The translations under genes and the position numbers were made by a program. Of a stretch of DNA of 64,000 nt, positions 42,868-52,972 are shown piece after piece. Origin of the DNA: Waddliaceae bacterium (GTDB taxonomy: Bacteria; Chlamydiota; Chlamydiia; Chlamydiales; SLFE01); the NCBI GenBank assembly GCA_963771045.1, contig CAVYRW010000004.1:832001-896000 (forward strand), in the 5' to 3' direction. Under the pieces are notes generated by a model. The model saw only the letters and a program-made list of their open reading frames with translations. It made no database searches and was not told the DNA's origin. Each line of letters opens with the position of its first letter. Position 1 is the stretch's first letter.

Positions 42868-44032
42868 CTTGGTAAACGTATGCGCCAAGCGAGATAAGAA
42901 ATGTTATGGCGACCGGTGTTTTGACCACATTGAAGTGGAATATTTTGTGGCCGATGTTCAATATGGCCAGTACGATGAGCGCCGGATAGCAAATGATCAG
43001 AATCGGTTCCAGAAAGGCGGCAATTCCGCTGAATCTCAAGGTCGAGACCAGAAAGCAGACGACAAGCGTGATGATCAAACTGGGAATATAGGGCAGTTTT
43101 CCAAGAGTGATGTCACTTTGCAAAAACTCGGCAAAGACAGCGGCCAGCGCAATGGCTGTTGTCAGACAGGCCATTGAAACAGCCACAATAGCGATGATTC
43201 CGGCATAAGGGCCGAGCATCTGTACGGAAATCGCTCCTAAGAGCTGGTCGCGGCCCAAGCCTTCGAGACCTGCGCTGTTAAAAGAGGCCACATAACTGAA
43301 GCCGATATAGATCAGCGCTAAAAGTCCCATGCCGATGACGCTGGCTTTTAACGTCGTGAAAATCACATTTCGAAAATTTCCTGTGCGTCCTTTTTCAATT
43401 TCGGTACTTTCCAAACAGGAAAGGACGACTGAGGAGAAGAAAAACGTGGCAAGAAGATCCATTGTTGAGTAACCGGTCTGCAGCCCTTCCATAAAGGCAG
43501 TGCCGGCAGTTAAAGTCGACTGCTGTGGAGCGGAGGCCCAGACAAATCCGATAACAATGATGACAACGAGGGCAAAAAGGAGAATAGGGGTCAGGTAATA
43601 GCCTAGGATATCGACAATTTTGTTTTTTTTGAATGTCAAAACGAACACAATGGCGCATGAGATCAGACTGAAAAGCACAAAGGGAATCCCTGCAAAGTAA
43701 TAGGCAAAAGTCGAGTGGGCAACGGTAATGAGCCTAGGCATGGCGCCGAAAGGGCCGATGAGGCCCATAATAAATAGAGCGACCAGAAACCCGGGAATTT
43801 TTCCGATTCTTTCAAAATAATGTTTATAGTTTCCGTTAAATAATGTTGCGGAGATTAAGCCCAAAAGGGGAATGCCGACAGCTGAGATCAGCAGTCCGCA
43901 GATAGCAAAAAAGTTTAAATTTCCAGTTTCCAGTCCGATGGCTAAGGGGAAAACGACGTTTCCTGCGCCAAAAAACATAGAAAACATTGCAAAACCTGTG
44001 GCGAGAACGGCTGATTTTTTCTTAATTTCCAT
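42857..44032 (-). CDS. brnQ: branched-chain amino acid transport system II carrier
   Basis: FSMFFGAGN..FP, IGPFGAMPR, GYSTMD, ACLTTAI. Confidence 0.95.
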   Translation of the reverse strand: MEIKKKSAVLATGFAMFSMFFGAGNVVFPLAIGLETGNLNFFAICGLLISAVGIPLLGLISATLFNGNYKHYFERIGKIPGFLVALFIMGLIGPFGAMPRLITVAHSTFAYYFAGIPFVLFSLISCAIVFVLTFKKNKIVDILGYYLTPILLFALVVIIVIGFVWASAPQQSTLTAGTAFMEGLQTGYSTMDLLATFFFSSVVLSCLESTEIEKGRTGNFRNVIFTTLKASVIGMGLLALIYIGFSYVASFNSAGLEGLGRDQLLGAISVQMLGPYAGIIAIVAVSMACLTTAIALAAVFAEFLQSDITLGKLPYIPSLIITLVVCFLVSTLRFSGIAAFLEPILIICYPALIVLAILNIGHKIFHFNVVKTPVAITFLISLGAYVYQVIL

Positions 44033-44329
44033 TTATTCCTCTTCAAAATGTATACGATTATAAAATATATTGATAATGTTTTCAAGAGAGAGTGGCAGTG
44101 GGAATAGATAGGGATACAGCAAGTCTGACAGGGTCATGGAAATTTCTTGAATTCAAATGTTTCATATAATTAAATTACTGTAATTTGTCGTTATAGTTTA
44201 TCAAATTAGGTTATTTATCTTCAAGAAGAAATCATTTTACTCCGCGATTCCGTGCTCTCATCTTTACCAAAAAATTTTCTTGTTTTTAAAGAATCGGTTC
44301 GATAAATTTCAGGAGGTTAATATTAAACA

Positions 44330-45673
44330 ATGGAGGGTATATATATGTGTGTCAGTACAGCAATAGAGGCTCAAGTGGAACAAATTCAAAAGTGTCTCAA
44401 AGAGCGTAAAGAACCTACAAATCAACCCAGCCAGATCTTTAATCGGCTAATGGATGCCTACAAAGCGCTCAATGAGATTGAATTACGTTCGTTAAGTTTT
44501 ACATACGATATAGCACCTTTTGAGGAAGGTATTCAAAATGTTGGTTGCAAAGTGCGGAAACTTTGCGAAGAACACTTTTTTGGGAAAACTGAAAAGGAGG
44601 CAGGGCTTCAAGCTGAAATTACTGAATTCGAAGCAAAGGTTAATGAATTAAAATCCAATGTTGTTGTTAAAAACATACTTGAAAAAGAATTTAAAAAACA
44701 CAGCAAATTCTTTAGAAATGAAGGCTATAAAAAAGATTTTAAAGATTATTATGAAAAAATGCTACAAAATGTTCAGCTTTTAGATCTTGAGTATCGTATT
44801 AATCCTGAATTAATGCAATTTATTCGGGATAATTGTCCTAATATTCAGGGATTAAATCTAAGTAGGATCGATGATCAGATTCTCTCTTCTCTACCCAAAA
44901 ATTTACATTATTTATCAGTGAAACATTGCACAGGGATGACGAAAGAAGGTTGGAAATCTTTGGGCGAACTATCGGATTTGAGAAATCTTTATTTGTACAA
45001 CTTTTCAAAAGAAGGGTTGCCGCAAATGGACGACGAATCAAAACTTTTTGTACAGGCTCTCAAACGATTAACCCATCTAAAAACTCTCTATATGCGACAT
45101 CTGGATGTTGGTAGGGGAAATCTACATATCGATGATAGCGTTTTCGCTTCTCTCCCTAAAGGATTGAAATCTCTTGAAATTCTAGCTAATGGTGTCGTTC
45201 AGTTAGGAGAAAATTGGGCAGGCGGATTGAAAAATTTGCCTCATTTAGAAACTCTGGACTTTTCTTTTTTGAACCTTTCCGATCTCAAAAAAGGCCTTAA
45301 GGCAAATTTGAGGGAGAATTCACCTATTCAAACATTGACTTTGTCCAAAGTTGCTCTTGATGATGAAGAAGTGGAAATCATCGCCGAAGCTCTTAAAACC
45401 AATCGCAGCCTTCGCAAGCTGGATTTATCGAGTAATGATATCAGTGACAATGGAGCAGCGGCGCTTGCCAAAGCTCTTAAAGTCAATCGTACGCTTATCG
45501 AACTGACTTTAGATTACAATAAAATCGGTTTTAAGGGGATAGTGTCTATTATCGAAGCAGTCAAAGATAATAATACGCTGGATAAACTTTATATCCACTG
45601 CAAGAGGATCAACGGTGAAGAAAAGGAGATTCTTACAAAAGCTCTTGAAAACAACAAAACCTTAAAATGTTAA
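44330..45673 (+). CDS. LRR protein, candidate effector
   Basis: Coiled-coil N-terminus, then LRRs (LRKLDLSSNDISDNGAAALAKALKVN). Confidence 0.85.
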   Translation: MEGIYMCVSTAIEAQVEQIQKCLKERKEPTNQPSQIFNRLMDAYKALNEIELRSLSFTYDIAPFEEGIQNVGCKVRKLCEEHFFGKTEKEAGLQAEITEFEAKVNELKSNVVVKNILEKEFKKHSKFFRNEGYKKDFKDYYEKMLQNVQLLDLEYRINPELMQFIRDNCPNIQGLNLSRIDDQILSSLPKNLHYLSVKHCTGMTKEGWKSLGELSDLRNLYLYNFSKEGLPQMDDESKLFVQALKRLTHLKTLYMRHLDVGRGNLHIDDSVFASLPKGLKSLEILANGVVQLGENWAGGLKNLPHLETLDFSFLNLSDLKKGLKANLRENSPIQTLTLSKVALDDEEVEIIAEALKTNRSLRKLDLSSNDISDNGAAALAKALKVNRTLIELTLDYNKIGFKGIVSIIEAVKDNNTLDKLYIHCKRINGEEKEILTKALENNKTLKC

Positions 45674-45830
45674 GTTTTATAACTTAGACTTTTTTTGGAA
45701 CAAGTCGAACTTACTACGGGTCAATATCTTAAGGATATTGGCTCGTTAAATTTCGACTATCTGACGGCTCAAGAAGAGAACTTGACTTGGGGAGGGGCAG
45801 GGGATAGAATAACATTAGTGCGAGGATTTT

Positions 45831-46433
45831 ATGTGGATTTTCTGGGTAACTCTCTCTACGGTTGTGACGATTGTTTTGATTATCGGATTTGTTTTGGCCA
45901 GCATCTACAACATGCTTGTCAAGCTGCAAAACCGATATCAAAATGCCTTTGCTCAGATTGAGGTTCAGCTGAAGCGAAGACATGACTTGATTCCAAACCT
46001 TGTCGAGACTGCAAAGGGATACATCAAGCATGAGAGGGAGACTTTGGAAGAGGTCACCCAAGCCCGCAGCCGGGCAATGGATGGCCTGAAAGAAGCCTCG
46101 GGCAATCCCGGCGATGCCGAAAAGATGCGCTCGCTTTCGGGGTTGGAGGAAAAGCTGTCCGGCGCGCTTGGACGTCTTTTCGCAGTAGCTGAGTCCTATC
46201 CCGATTTGAAAGCAAACCAAAATATGATGCAGTTGAGCGAAGAGCTGATATCAACGGAAAATAAAGTGGCTTTTTCAAGGCAGGCCTTCAATGACGCCGT
46301 CATGACGTTCAATATTTATAGACAATCTTTCCCGACAGTGGTCATTGCTCCGTTTCTCGGATTCAATCAAGATGCGGGTCTTTTGGAATTCAAGTCAGCG
46401 GAAATCGACGAGGCTGTGAAAGTGGAGTTCTAA
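45831..46433 (+). CDS. lemA: LemA family protein
   Basis: QLKRRHDLIPNLVET, AESYPDLKAN, TENKVAFSRQAFND. Confidence 0.95.
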   Translation: MWIFWVTLSTVVTIVLIIGFVLASIYNMLVKLQNRYQNAFAQIEVQLKRRHDLIPNLVETAKGYIKHERETLEEVTQARSRAMDGLKEASGNPGDAEKMRSLSGLEEKLSGALGRLFAVAESYPDLKANQNMMQLSEELISTENKVAFSRQAFNDAVMTFNIYRQSFPTVVIAPFLGFNQDAGLLEFKSAEIDEAVKVEF

Positions 46434-46437
46434 CTGA

Positions 46438-48309
46438 ATGGACTTTTTTCAGCATCAGGAGAGGGCCAGGAAAAATACTGCCTGGCTTGTCTTTCTGTTT
46501 TTTTCCGCTGTCGTCGGTATGATTCTTGTTACATATTTCATCGTCGCTTGGGCCTTCGCTTCTTCTTCAAAAGGGTATGAAATTCAATCCGAGGACCTCT
46601 GGAACACGGTCTTATTTGTTTGGGTGGCGATTATCACCCTTTTGGTTGTTGGAGGGGCCAGCCTCTTCAAGATTATGCAGCTAAAGGGAGGGGGCGGGGC
46701 GTATGTCGCCGAATCTCTTGGCGGACGCCTTCTGGATCCGGCAGCCAAAAAAACCGATGAACAAAAGATACTCAATGTCGTCGAAGAAATCGCTATTGCG
46801 GCAGGTATACCGACGCCCAAGGTGTATCTTCTGGATAAGGAAGAGGGGATGAACGCTTTTGCGGCCGGCTATTCGTCTTCAAACGCGGTCATTGGCGTGA
46901 CCCGGGGCCTGGTGGAGTCTTTAAACCGCGACGAACTTCAGGGAGTGGTCGCGCATGAATTCAGCCATATCCTCAACGGGGATATGCGTATCAATATCCG
47001 ATTGATGGGCATTTTGTTCGGCATCCTGGCTCTTGGCCTTATTGGCTATTACACTCTTAGATCCTCGATGTTTACCGCGGGATCGTCCAGACAGCGGGGA
47101 AGTGCCGGTTTTGTTCTAGTCACAGTGGGTCTTGGCTTGATGGCTGTCGGTTTTATCGGCACGTTCTTCGGTCATTTGATCAAAGCCGCTGTCAGCCGCC
47201 AAAGAGAGTTTCTTGCAGACGCCTCCGCCGTTCAGTTTACCCGAAATCCCGGCGGTATCGGAAATGCTTTAAGGAAAATACGCGATCATCAATTCGGGTC
47301 GAAGGTGATCAATCCCCGCGCCTCGGAAGTCAGCCACATGTTTTTCGCGACAGGGGCGCTTTCGGCAATGGCGTCGCTTTTTGCCACTCATCCTCCTATC
47401 GACGAGAGGATCACACGGATTTTTTCTCTGGAAAAGACTGAATCTAAAAAGCTTCCTCCCGTTCCCAAAATTTCTAAAAAGGAACCCGAAGCAGAAGAAC
47501 CCTCTTTAACTTTTGTCGATTCTACCGGAAAGCCCAATGTCGATCAAATCAGGCTTGCCAAGACATTGATTGCCGCGCTCCCACTTCCTGTCAAAGGAGC
47601 TATTCACGATTTATTTGGAGCAAGAGCTATTGTTTATGGCCTTCTCCTCTCCAAAGATCCTGAAATTCGTAAAATCCAGCACGATAAACTTTCGGAAGAG
47701 TCTTACCTCGGTGTTTATCGCGAGCTGAATCGGCTGCTTCCCGATATTGACAAAATCGAGATGAAAGCCAGAATACCTATGATCGACATGGCGATCCGGA
47801 CATTGAATTCTCTTACCAAGAGTCAATATGAAGTCTTCCGCGAAAATGTCAAGAACCTCATTTTTGCCGATAAAAAAATCGATATTTTTGAATGGATTTT
47901 GGAAAAAGTATTGATTGATCATCTCGACGGACGGTTTCGCAGGGCAAGGAAAGCAGCAGGCCGGAAGAAGTTAAAGGACCATCTTAGGGAAAGTTATTTG
48001 CTTTTGAAAGTCCTTTCCTTTGTCGGTAATAAGAATCCTAAGCAGCATCTCGAAGCCTTGAACGCGGGACTGAAAAAAATCGGTGTCAAACCACTTTCGC
48101 AAATGAAGAAGGTGGAAATCCGATGGGAGGATGTTGACAATGCCCTTGACTCTTTGGTTCTTCTTAAACCTCAGGATAAGAAAAAGCTGTTGGAGGGATG
48201 TCTTGCCAGCATCCAGCACGATAAAAAGATAACCCTTTACGAGGCTGAGCTGTTTCGTGCCATAGGCGATGCTCTCGGTTGTCCTGTTCCCCTTATTCTG
48301 CCTGATTAG
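46438..48309 (+). CDS. M48 family (HtpX-like) zinc metalloprotease with C-terminal extension
   Basis: NAFAAG, HEFSH, SRQREFLADA, THPP; follows lemA. Confidence 0.92.
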   Translation: MDFFQHQERARKNTAWLVFLFFSAVVGMILVTYFIVAWAFASSSKGYEIQSEDLWNTVLFVWVAIITLLVVGGASLFKIMQLKGGGGAYVAESLGGRLLDPAAKKTDEQKILNVVEEIAIAAGIPTPKVYLLDKEEGMNAFAAGYSSSNAVIGVTRGLVESLNRDELQGVVAHEFSHILNGDMRINIRLMGILFGILALGLIGYYTLRSSMFTAGSSRQRGSAGFVLVTVGLGLMAVGFIGTFFGHLIKAAVSRQREFLADASAVQFTRNPGGIGNALRKIRDHQFGSKVINPRASEVSHMFFATGALSAMASLFATHPPIDERITRIFSLEKTESKKLPPVPKISKKEPEAEEPSLTFVDSTGKPNVDQIRLAKTLIAALPLPVKGAIHDLFGARAIVYGLLLSKDPEIRKIQHDKLSEESYLGVYRELNRLLPDIDKIEMKARIPMIDMAIRTLNSLTKSQYEVFRENVKNLIFADKKIDIFEWILEKVLIDHLDGRFRRARKAAGRKKLKDHLRESYLLLKVLSFVGNKNPKQHLEALNAGLKKIGVKPLSQMKKVEIRWEDVDNALDSLVLLKPQDKKKLLEGCLASIQHDKKITLYEAELFRAIGDALGCPVPLILPD

Positions 48310-48521
48310 ATTTTTTGTAAGTGTTCAGCTCTTCTTTCTATTAACCGCGAAGTTTGCAAAGGAAGCGGAAAATACGCTTAAGCTTTTCTAAGGCCCTGAT
48401 TGCTATCCCAACCTCATTTAGAACTTGCATGAGTGGACTATTGCAAAAAGGTGCAGCTTGGATAAAATAATCTTGTGATAATTGTATTGTGAATCATTCA
48501 TTGAGAAAAGCACATATCTGC

Positions 48522-50831
48522 CAGGGCTTTTTGATTAAAATTCCTTGATAGTAATTAGATTTTCATTTGTCATTCATATCTTAACTCAACTTTGGAGAAA
48601 GATATGTGTGCAAGAGGAATCAAAAATGAACCTTATGAAGAAGGATCTAAATCAATTGATATTGAACAATTTAAGGACCGACTAGAGAGCGTTGCCAGTT
48701 CTACCCAAGATCCAAGATGTAAAGACAATTTAAAACATAATCTTTTTACTCTACTCGCCATAATTTTTTGTGCTGTCATAGCAGATGCTAATAGTATCAG
48801 TGCTATCCATCAATATGCTGTTTCCAAAAAAAAGTGGTTGATGACGTGGCTTGATTTTGACGAAGTGCCTTCCTATAATACATTCTGGTGGCTTCTTGTT
48901 CGCCTCGATCCAAAAGAAACTGAAATGTTTTTCCGAAAATGGACATCCTCTCTTTCAAAAAATGAAATTGATGACTTTATTGCGATTGACGGCAAGCGTG
49001 TAAGAGGTGCCTCTAATAAAAAAAAGACACCTAAATCTCTTCTGCACTCGGGTCTAAGAAGTCTTTCGATGTTGATAAGCTATCGGACACTTGATGGGAG
49101 GACTACCGAAGAAATTAGATATTATATATCCTCACTTTCAGCTGCAGCTGAGAAAATATCCAAATCAACTCGAGGTCATTGGGGCATTGAAAATCAAGTC
49201 CATTGGGTTTTGGATGTTACATTTCAGGAAGATGGAGGATGTCCCGTTTTTAGTTGAAATTCGGTGACTCCATATACCAGTTTACGCAACCTTTGTTTTT
49301 ATTTCACTCTGAATTCGGATTATCCTTTCCCTTACCTCTTCGATTGAAAAATATCCTTTAACTTTTCGAAATCTTTTTTCTGCATCCAAGAGGGTTGTCC
49401 CCAACCATCTTTGCGCCATTTTACCCTTTGTTTGAATACGAGTTATACGGCCCATACGCCGGCTTGTATTTGAGAACACTGATTCAATCGGATTTGTGGA
49501 ATGCAGTGTCTTCCTCAAACGAGGAGGCACTTTTAAACAATGCACCGTGAGGAGTTCTTCAAAACACTCACGGAGAGATTCCGCTGCAGATGGGTTGATT
49601 GTTTCAAGCCAACTCTCCAATTTCTTGAGTTCATTCTTAGCATCTTCATACTCAAGGCAATTTATTGCATTTCGGAAGCGATGATGCGCTTCTTTTCGAT
49701 ATTTTTTGGGAAGATGCTTTTGGATATTTCTGTCTTTATGAATCGTACATCTTTGATGTATAAGTAATTTTCCAAACCTATCCTTCAGAGCCTTAATGAT
49801 CCCTTTTCCTCCATCGGTTATAAAAAGTATTTTCTCATCAAGCTTTAGTCCTCTGCGGTCGAGATTGTTCAACAGCTCTTGACAAATCACATTATTCTCA
49901 GTTGCACCTTCCCAAAAACCAAGAGAATGCTTATTTCCTTCAAGATCAATTGCCATTGCCACAATAAAAACTTTTCCTGCCAGATGATAACCATCAATGA
50001 GGATAGCGAAGGGAGAAAAACTGCTTAAATCTCTATCTTTTAATTCTTTAAGCTGTTTACTTGTCGCCGCTTTCAAATGCCGTGAAACAGAGGATTTAGA
50101 AATACCGAAGTGGTCAAGCAAACCGTCCAGCGCACCCTCATACTCCCTGCAAGAGATCCCCTTTAAAGCTTTTTCTAAGAGATCATCAGAAAATCTATCC
50201 TTATTATTTAGTTCCTGATATACAGAGAGTTGGACTTCCTTTTTATCCTTCCGCAAACGTGGCTTTTTTACTTTTAATTTTTCTCCTCCCACATAAACAG
50301 AACCCGCCTGGGATCCCCATTTCTCCCATCCGGGCAGTGGATCGTATTTAGGTCCGGCAAGCATTTCTCTTTCTGAAGAAAAAAGAAACTCGATCAAGCA
50401 TTTCTTTAAGGAAATAAAAAACTGATCGAAATCGTCCTTAGCAGCTCCAATGAGATAAGCAATTTTCTCTTCGGGGCATGCAAATGAGAGAAGATCTGTT
50501 GATTTATTCTGTGATGTGCGACTATTCATCTTGTGGCTCCTTTGTTTTTTTGTTTTTTGTCAAAATTACATATTGACTATAGGAGCCACCTCTTTTCAAG
50601 ATAAAATTTCAACTAATTTTGGGACATTCTCGGAAGATGCTTCACAGATATCAACAGGCTATGCAGCAGAAAACTTCTCTATCTTAAGAAGATTAAGCTT
50701 GAATGTATTAAGACTTGATCCAGATAAGAAAAGCCTAAAAGGAAAGCGTCAAAGTGCAGGATGGAATAATCAGTACATGGAGTATTTATTAGGATTGGTG
50801 GCTATCAAGAAATTTTAATCAAAAAGCTCTG
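48522..50831 (+). mobile_element. ISAs1-family element, deleted and interrupted by IS256
   Basis: 28-bp TIRs CAGGGCTTTTTGATTAAAATTCCTTGAT / ATCAAGAAATTTTAATCAAAAAGCTCTG; 10-bp TSD ACATATCTGC; DPR, IAIDGK, RGHWGIENQVHWVLDVTFQED. Confidence 0.93.
49235..50631 (-). mobile_element. IS256-family element with intact 415-aa transposase (49282-50529)
   Basis: 26-bp imperfect TIRs, 8-bp TSD GGAAGATG; TDG, QRCTIH, STNPIES motifs. Confidence 0.93.
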
Positions 50832-52610
50832 ACATATCTGCATTTTTGTAATTGTTTTCCAAACGGCGTTATCTTTTGATATGTCTTTTAAGAGGTCAAT
50901 GAGAGTATCAGCATCTTTAGTACTGATTTTATTACCTGTTAAATGAAGCTTTTTAAGGGTGTTTTTGCCTCTAAGGACCTTAACAAGAGCTTGCAAACCT
51001 TCAAGGCTGATTTTGTTACTGGATAAATTAAGTAATTCGATGGTGTCGTTGTCTTTGAGGGCGTTTGCAAGAGATTTTGCTCCTTCATCGCCGATGTGGT
51101 TGTTGGACAAATAAAGCCCTGTTATGCTTTTGTCTTTAAGAGCGTGTGCAAGAGATTTTGCTCCTTCATCGCCGATTTTATTGTAGGATAAGCTCAGACC
51201 TATGAGAGCTTTATTGTGTTTGAGAGCGTCGGCAAGAGATTTTGCTCCTTCATCGCCGATGTTGTTGCTGCACAAGTCAAGCTCTGTTATGTTTTTGTCT
51301 TTGAGAGCGTCGGCAAGAGATTTTGCTCCTCCATCGCCGAAGTGGTTGCCGGTTAAGTCCAGCCCCGTGAGAGCTTTATTGTGTTTGAGAGCGTCGGCAA
51401 GAGATTTAGCACCTTCAATGTTAATGTCGTTCCAAGGCAAATCAAGCCCCGCAATGTTTTTGTCTTTAAGAGCGTTTGCAAGAGATTTTGCTCCTTCATC
51501 GCCGAAATGGTTGTTGGACAGGTCAAGTATTGTGAGGGTGTTATTACCTTTGAAGGCCTCGGCGAAAAATTTAATGCCTTTATTGCCGATGTTATTATCA
51601 GACAAATCAACAAGCATTGCGACGATGTCATTGTCTTTGAGTGTCACGGCAAAAAATTTAATCCGGTTAGCGGCGATGTTGTTCCAAGACAAATCAAGCT
51701 TTTTAAAAGGGTTTTTGTGTTTAAGAGCATCGGTGAGAGCTTTAGCCCCTTTAACGTTAATGTCGTTCCAAGACAAAATAAGCTCCGTGAGGCTATTATT
51801 GTATTTAAGGGTCTCGGCAAGAGATTTTGCTCCTTCATCGCCGATGTTGTTGCCGGACAAGTCAAGCTCTGTGAGAGCGTTATTGTATTTAAGAGCATCG
51901 GCAAGAATTTTAGCACCTTCAACGTTAATGCCGTTCCGAGACAAATCAAGTGATGCGAGATTTGGATGATTCATGAGCTTTGCTAGCTGCCCTGTTGTCA
52001 ATTTTGCATGATACAAGCTGAGCTTGCGAAGGTTGGAAAATTTTTCTATAAGTAAATTAATTACATGATCTGAGATATTTTCGCCGTTTAGATCGAGTTC
52101 AGTTATAGATTTAGGCGTAGTCGAACTCAGAAAGCATTCAGCTATCTCAACGGCTTCTTCATGTGTCTTGGTTCCGATAATTTGAAGAGCTATCTGCGCC
52201 ACTATTTGACTTAAGAATGATTTATCCTTGCCTCTTCTCTCAGAGTTTGAAATTATTTTATTTATTTGTTTTAATGTTTCGTCATCATATTTGAATATTT
52301 TTTTGAATATAAATACATACCATTTACTCGGAATAGTTTTAGGTTCAAAAGGAGAATCCGCAGCAATTCCCGCTGGAAATTCTGACTCAAGCTTCATGGA
52401 AAAAGAATGCGATTCAAGCGTTTCCTCTAGGGGAGCGATAAAAAAGTCAGTGGTTAAAAATAGTTCAAGATCGGTTAAATTAGAGACCGATTCTACGAAA
52501 GAGGCTGTTTTAACTAATTCTGTTTCAGCGATTTCAGCTCCAGCGGGAATTGCTGGAGAATCCGTTCCTTTTGACTTTAAATGGAGACTCCCGGTACTCA
52601 CAATATTCAT
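50805..52610 (-). CDS. RNI-like LRR protein with tandem 27-28-aa repeats, candidate effector
   Basis: Repeated LDLSxNxIGDEGAKSLAxALK; GGAGG RBS; near-identical DNA repeats at ~51040-51950. Confidence 0.9.
   Translation of the reverse strand: MNIVSTGSLHLKSKGTDSPAIPAGAEIAETELVKTASFVESVSNLTDLELFLTTDFFIAPLEETLESHSFSMKLESEFPAGIAADSPFEPKTIPSKWYVFIFKKIFKYDDETLKQINKIISNSERRGKDKSFLSQIVAQIALQIIGTKTHEEAVEIAECFLSSTTPKSITELDLNGENISDHVINLLIEKFSNLRKLSLYHAKLTTGQLAKLMNHPNLASLDLSRNGINVEGAKILADALKYNNALTELDLSGNNIGDEGAKSLAETLKYNNSLTELILSWNDINVKGAKALTDALKHKNPFKKLDLSWNNIAANRIKFFAVTLKDNDIVAMLVDLSDNNIGNKGIKFFAEAFKGNNTLTILDLSNNHFGDEGAKSLANALKDKNIAGLDLPWNDINIEGAKSLADALKHNKALTGLDLTGNHFGDGGAKSLADALKDKNITELDLCSNNIGDEGAKSLADALKHNKALIGLSLSYNKIGDEGAKSLAHALKDKSITGLYLSNNHIGDEGAKSLANALKDNDTIELLNLSSNKISLEGLQALVKVLRGKNTLKKLHLTGNKISTKDADTLIDLLKDISKDNAVWKTITKMQICQSFLIKIS
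52361..52555. mobile_element. MITE family B, 195 bp, in frame within the LRR gene
   Basis: 17-bp perfect TIR CAGCAATTCCCGCTGGA; 9-bp TSD GAGAATCCG at 52352-52360 and 52556-52564. Confidence 0.92.
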
Positions 52611-52657
52611 AAATTCCTCCTAAATTTTCATTTAAAGTATCGCAGTACTTTAATTCG

Positions 52658-52727
52658 TTCAAGAAAAAGGTTGAGTGTTTACCGCTAAAGCGTCTCACCC
52701 TGTAATAGGTTACAGGAGGGGGAGTTG
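52658..52727 (-). pseudogene. duplicate of the aldo/keto reductase 3' end and downstream DNA
   Basis: Aligns to 55987-56057 (TPPPVTYY). Confidence 0.9.
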
Positions 52728-52729
52728 TT

Positions 52730-52876
52730 CTCAAGCCTCAGGACAAAAAAAAGCTGCTGAAGGGGTGCCTTGCCGGCATTCAGCATGATAGAAAGATAAC
52801 CCTCTATGAGTCTGAGCTGTTCCGCGCCATAGGCGATGCGCTCGGTTGTCCTGTTCCCCTTATTCTACCTAATTAG
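52730..52876 (+). pseudogene. duplicate of the last 49 codons of the M48 peptidase gene
   Basis: Gap-free alignment to 48163-48309 with 20 differences in 147 nt. Confidence 0.95.
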
Positions 52877-52887
52877 ATTTTTTGGTT

Positions 52888-52917
52888 GTGGGGGGCGCTT
52901 GGAACCGGCGCTCCTAC
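52888..52917. terminator. GC-rich hairpin (terminator or GTAG-type REP-like)
   Basis: GTGGGGGGCGC..GCGCTCCTAC downstream of the 895-aa ORF. Confidence 0.45.
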
Positions 52918-52972
52918 CGCGACCCATCGTTGTAATTTATCAACTGAATGCTTACTGAGAAACAAGAGGCCA

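Noticed and set aside
51040..51950. CRISPR-like array from repeated GCAAGAGATTTTGCTCCTTCATCGCCGA
   Set aside because: The period is 81-84 nt, in frame within an LRR gene; the intervening sequences are homologous to each other, and no cas genes are present.
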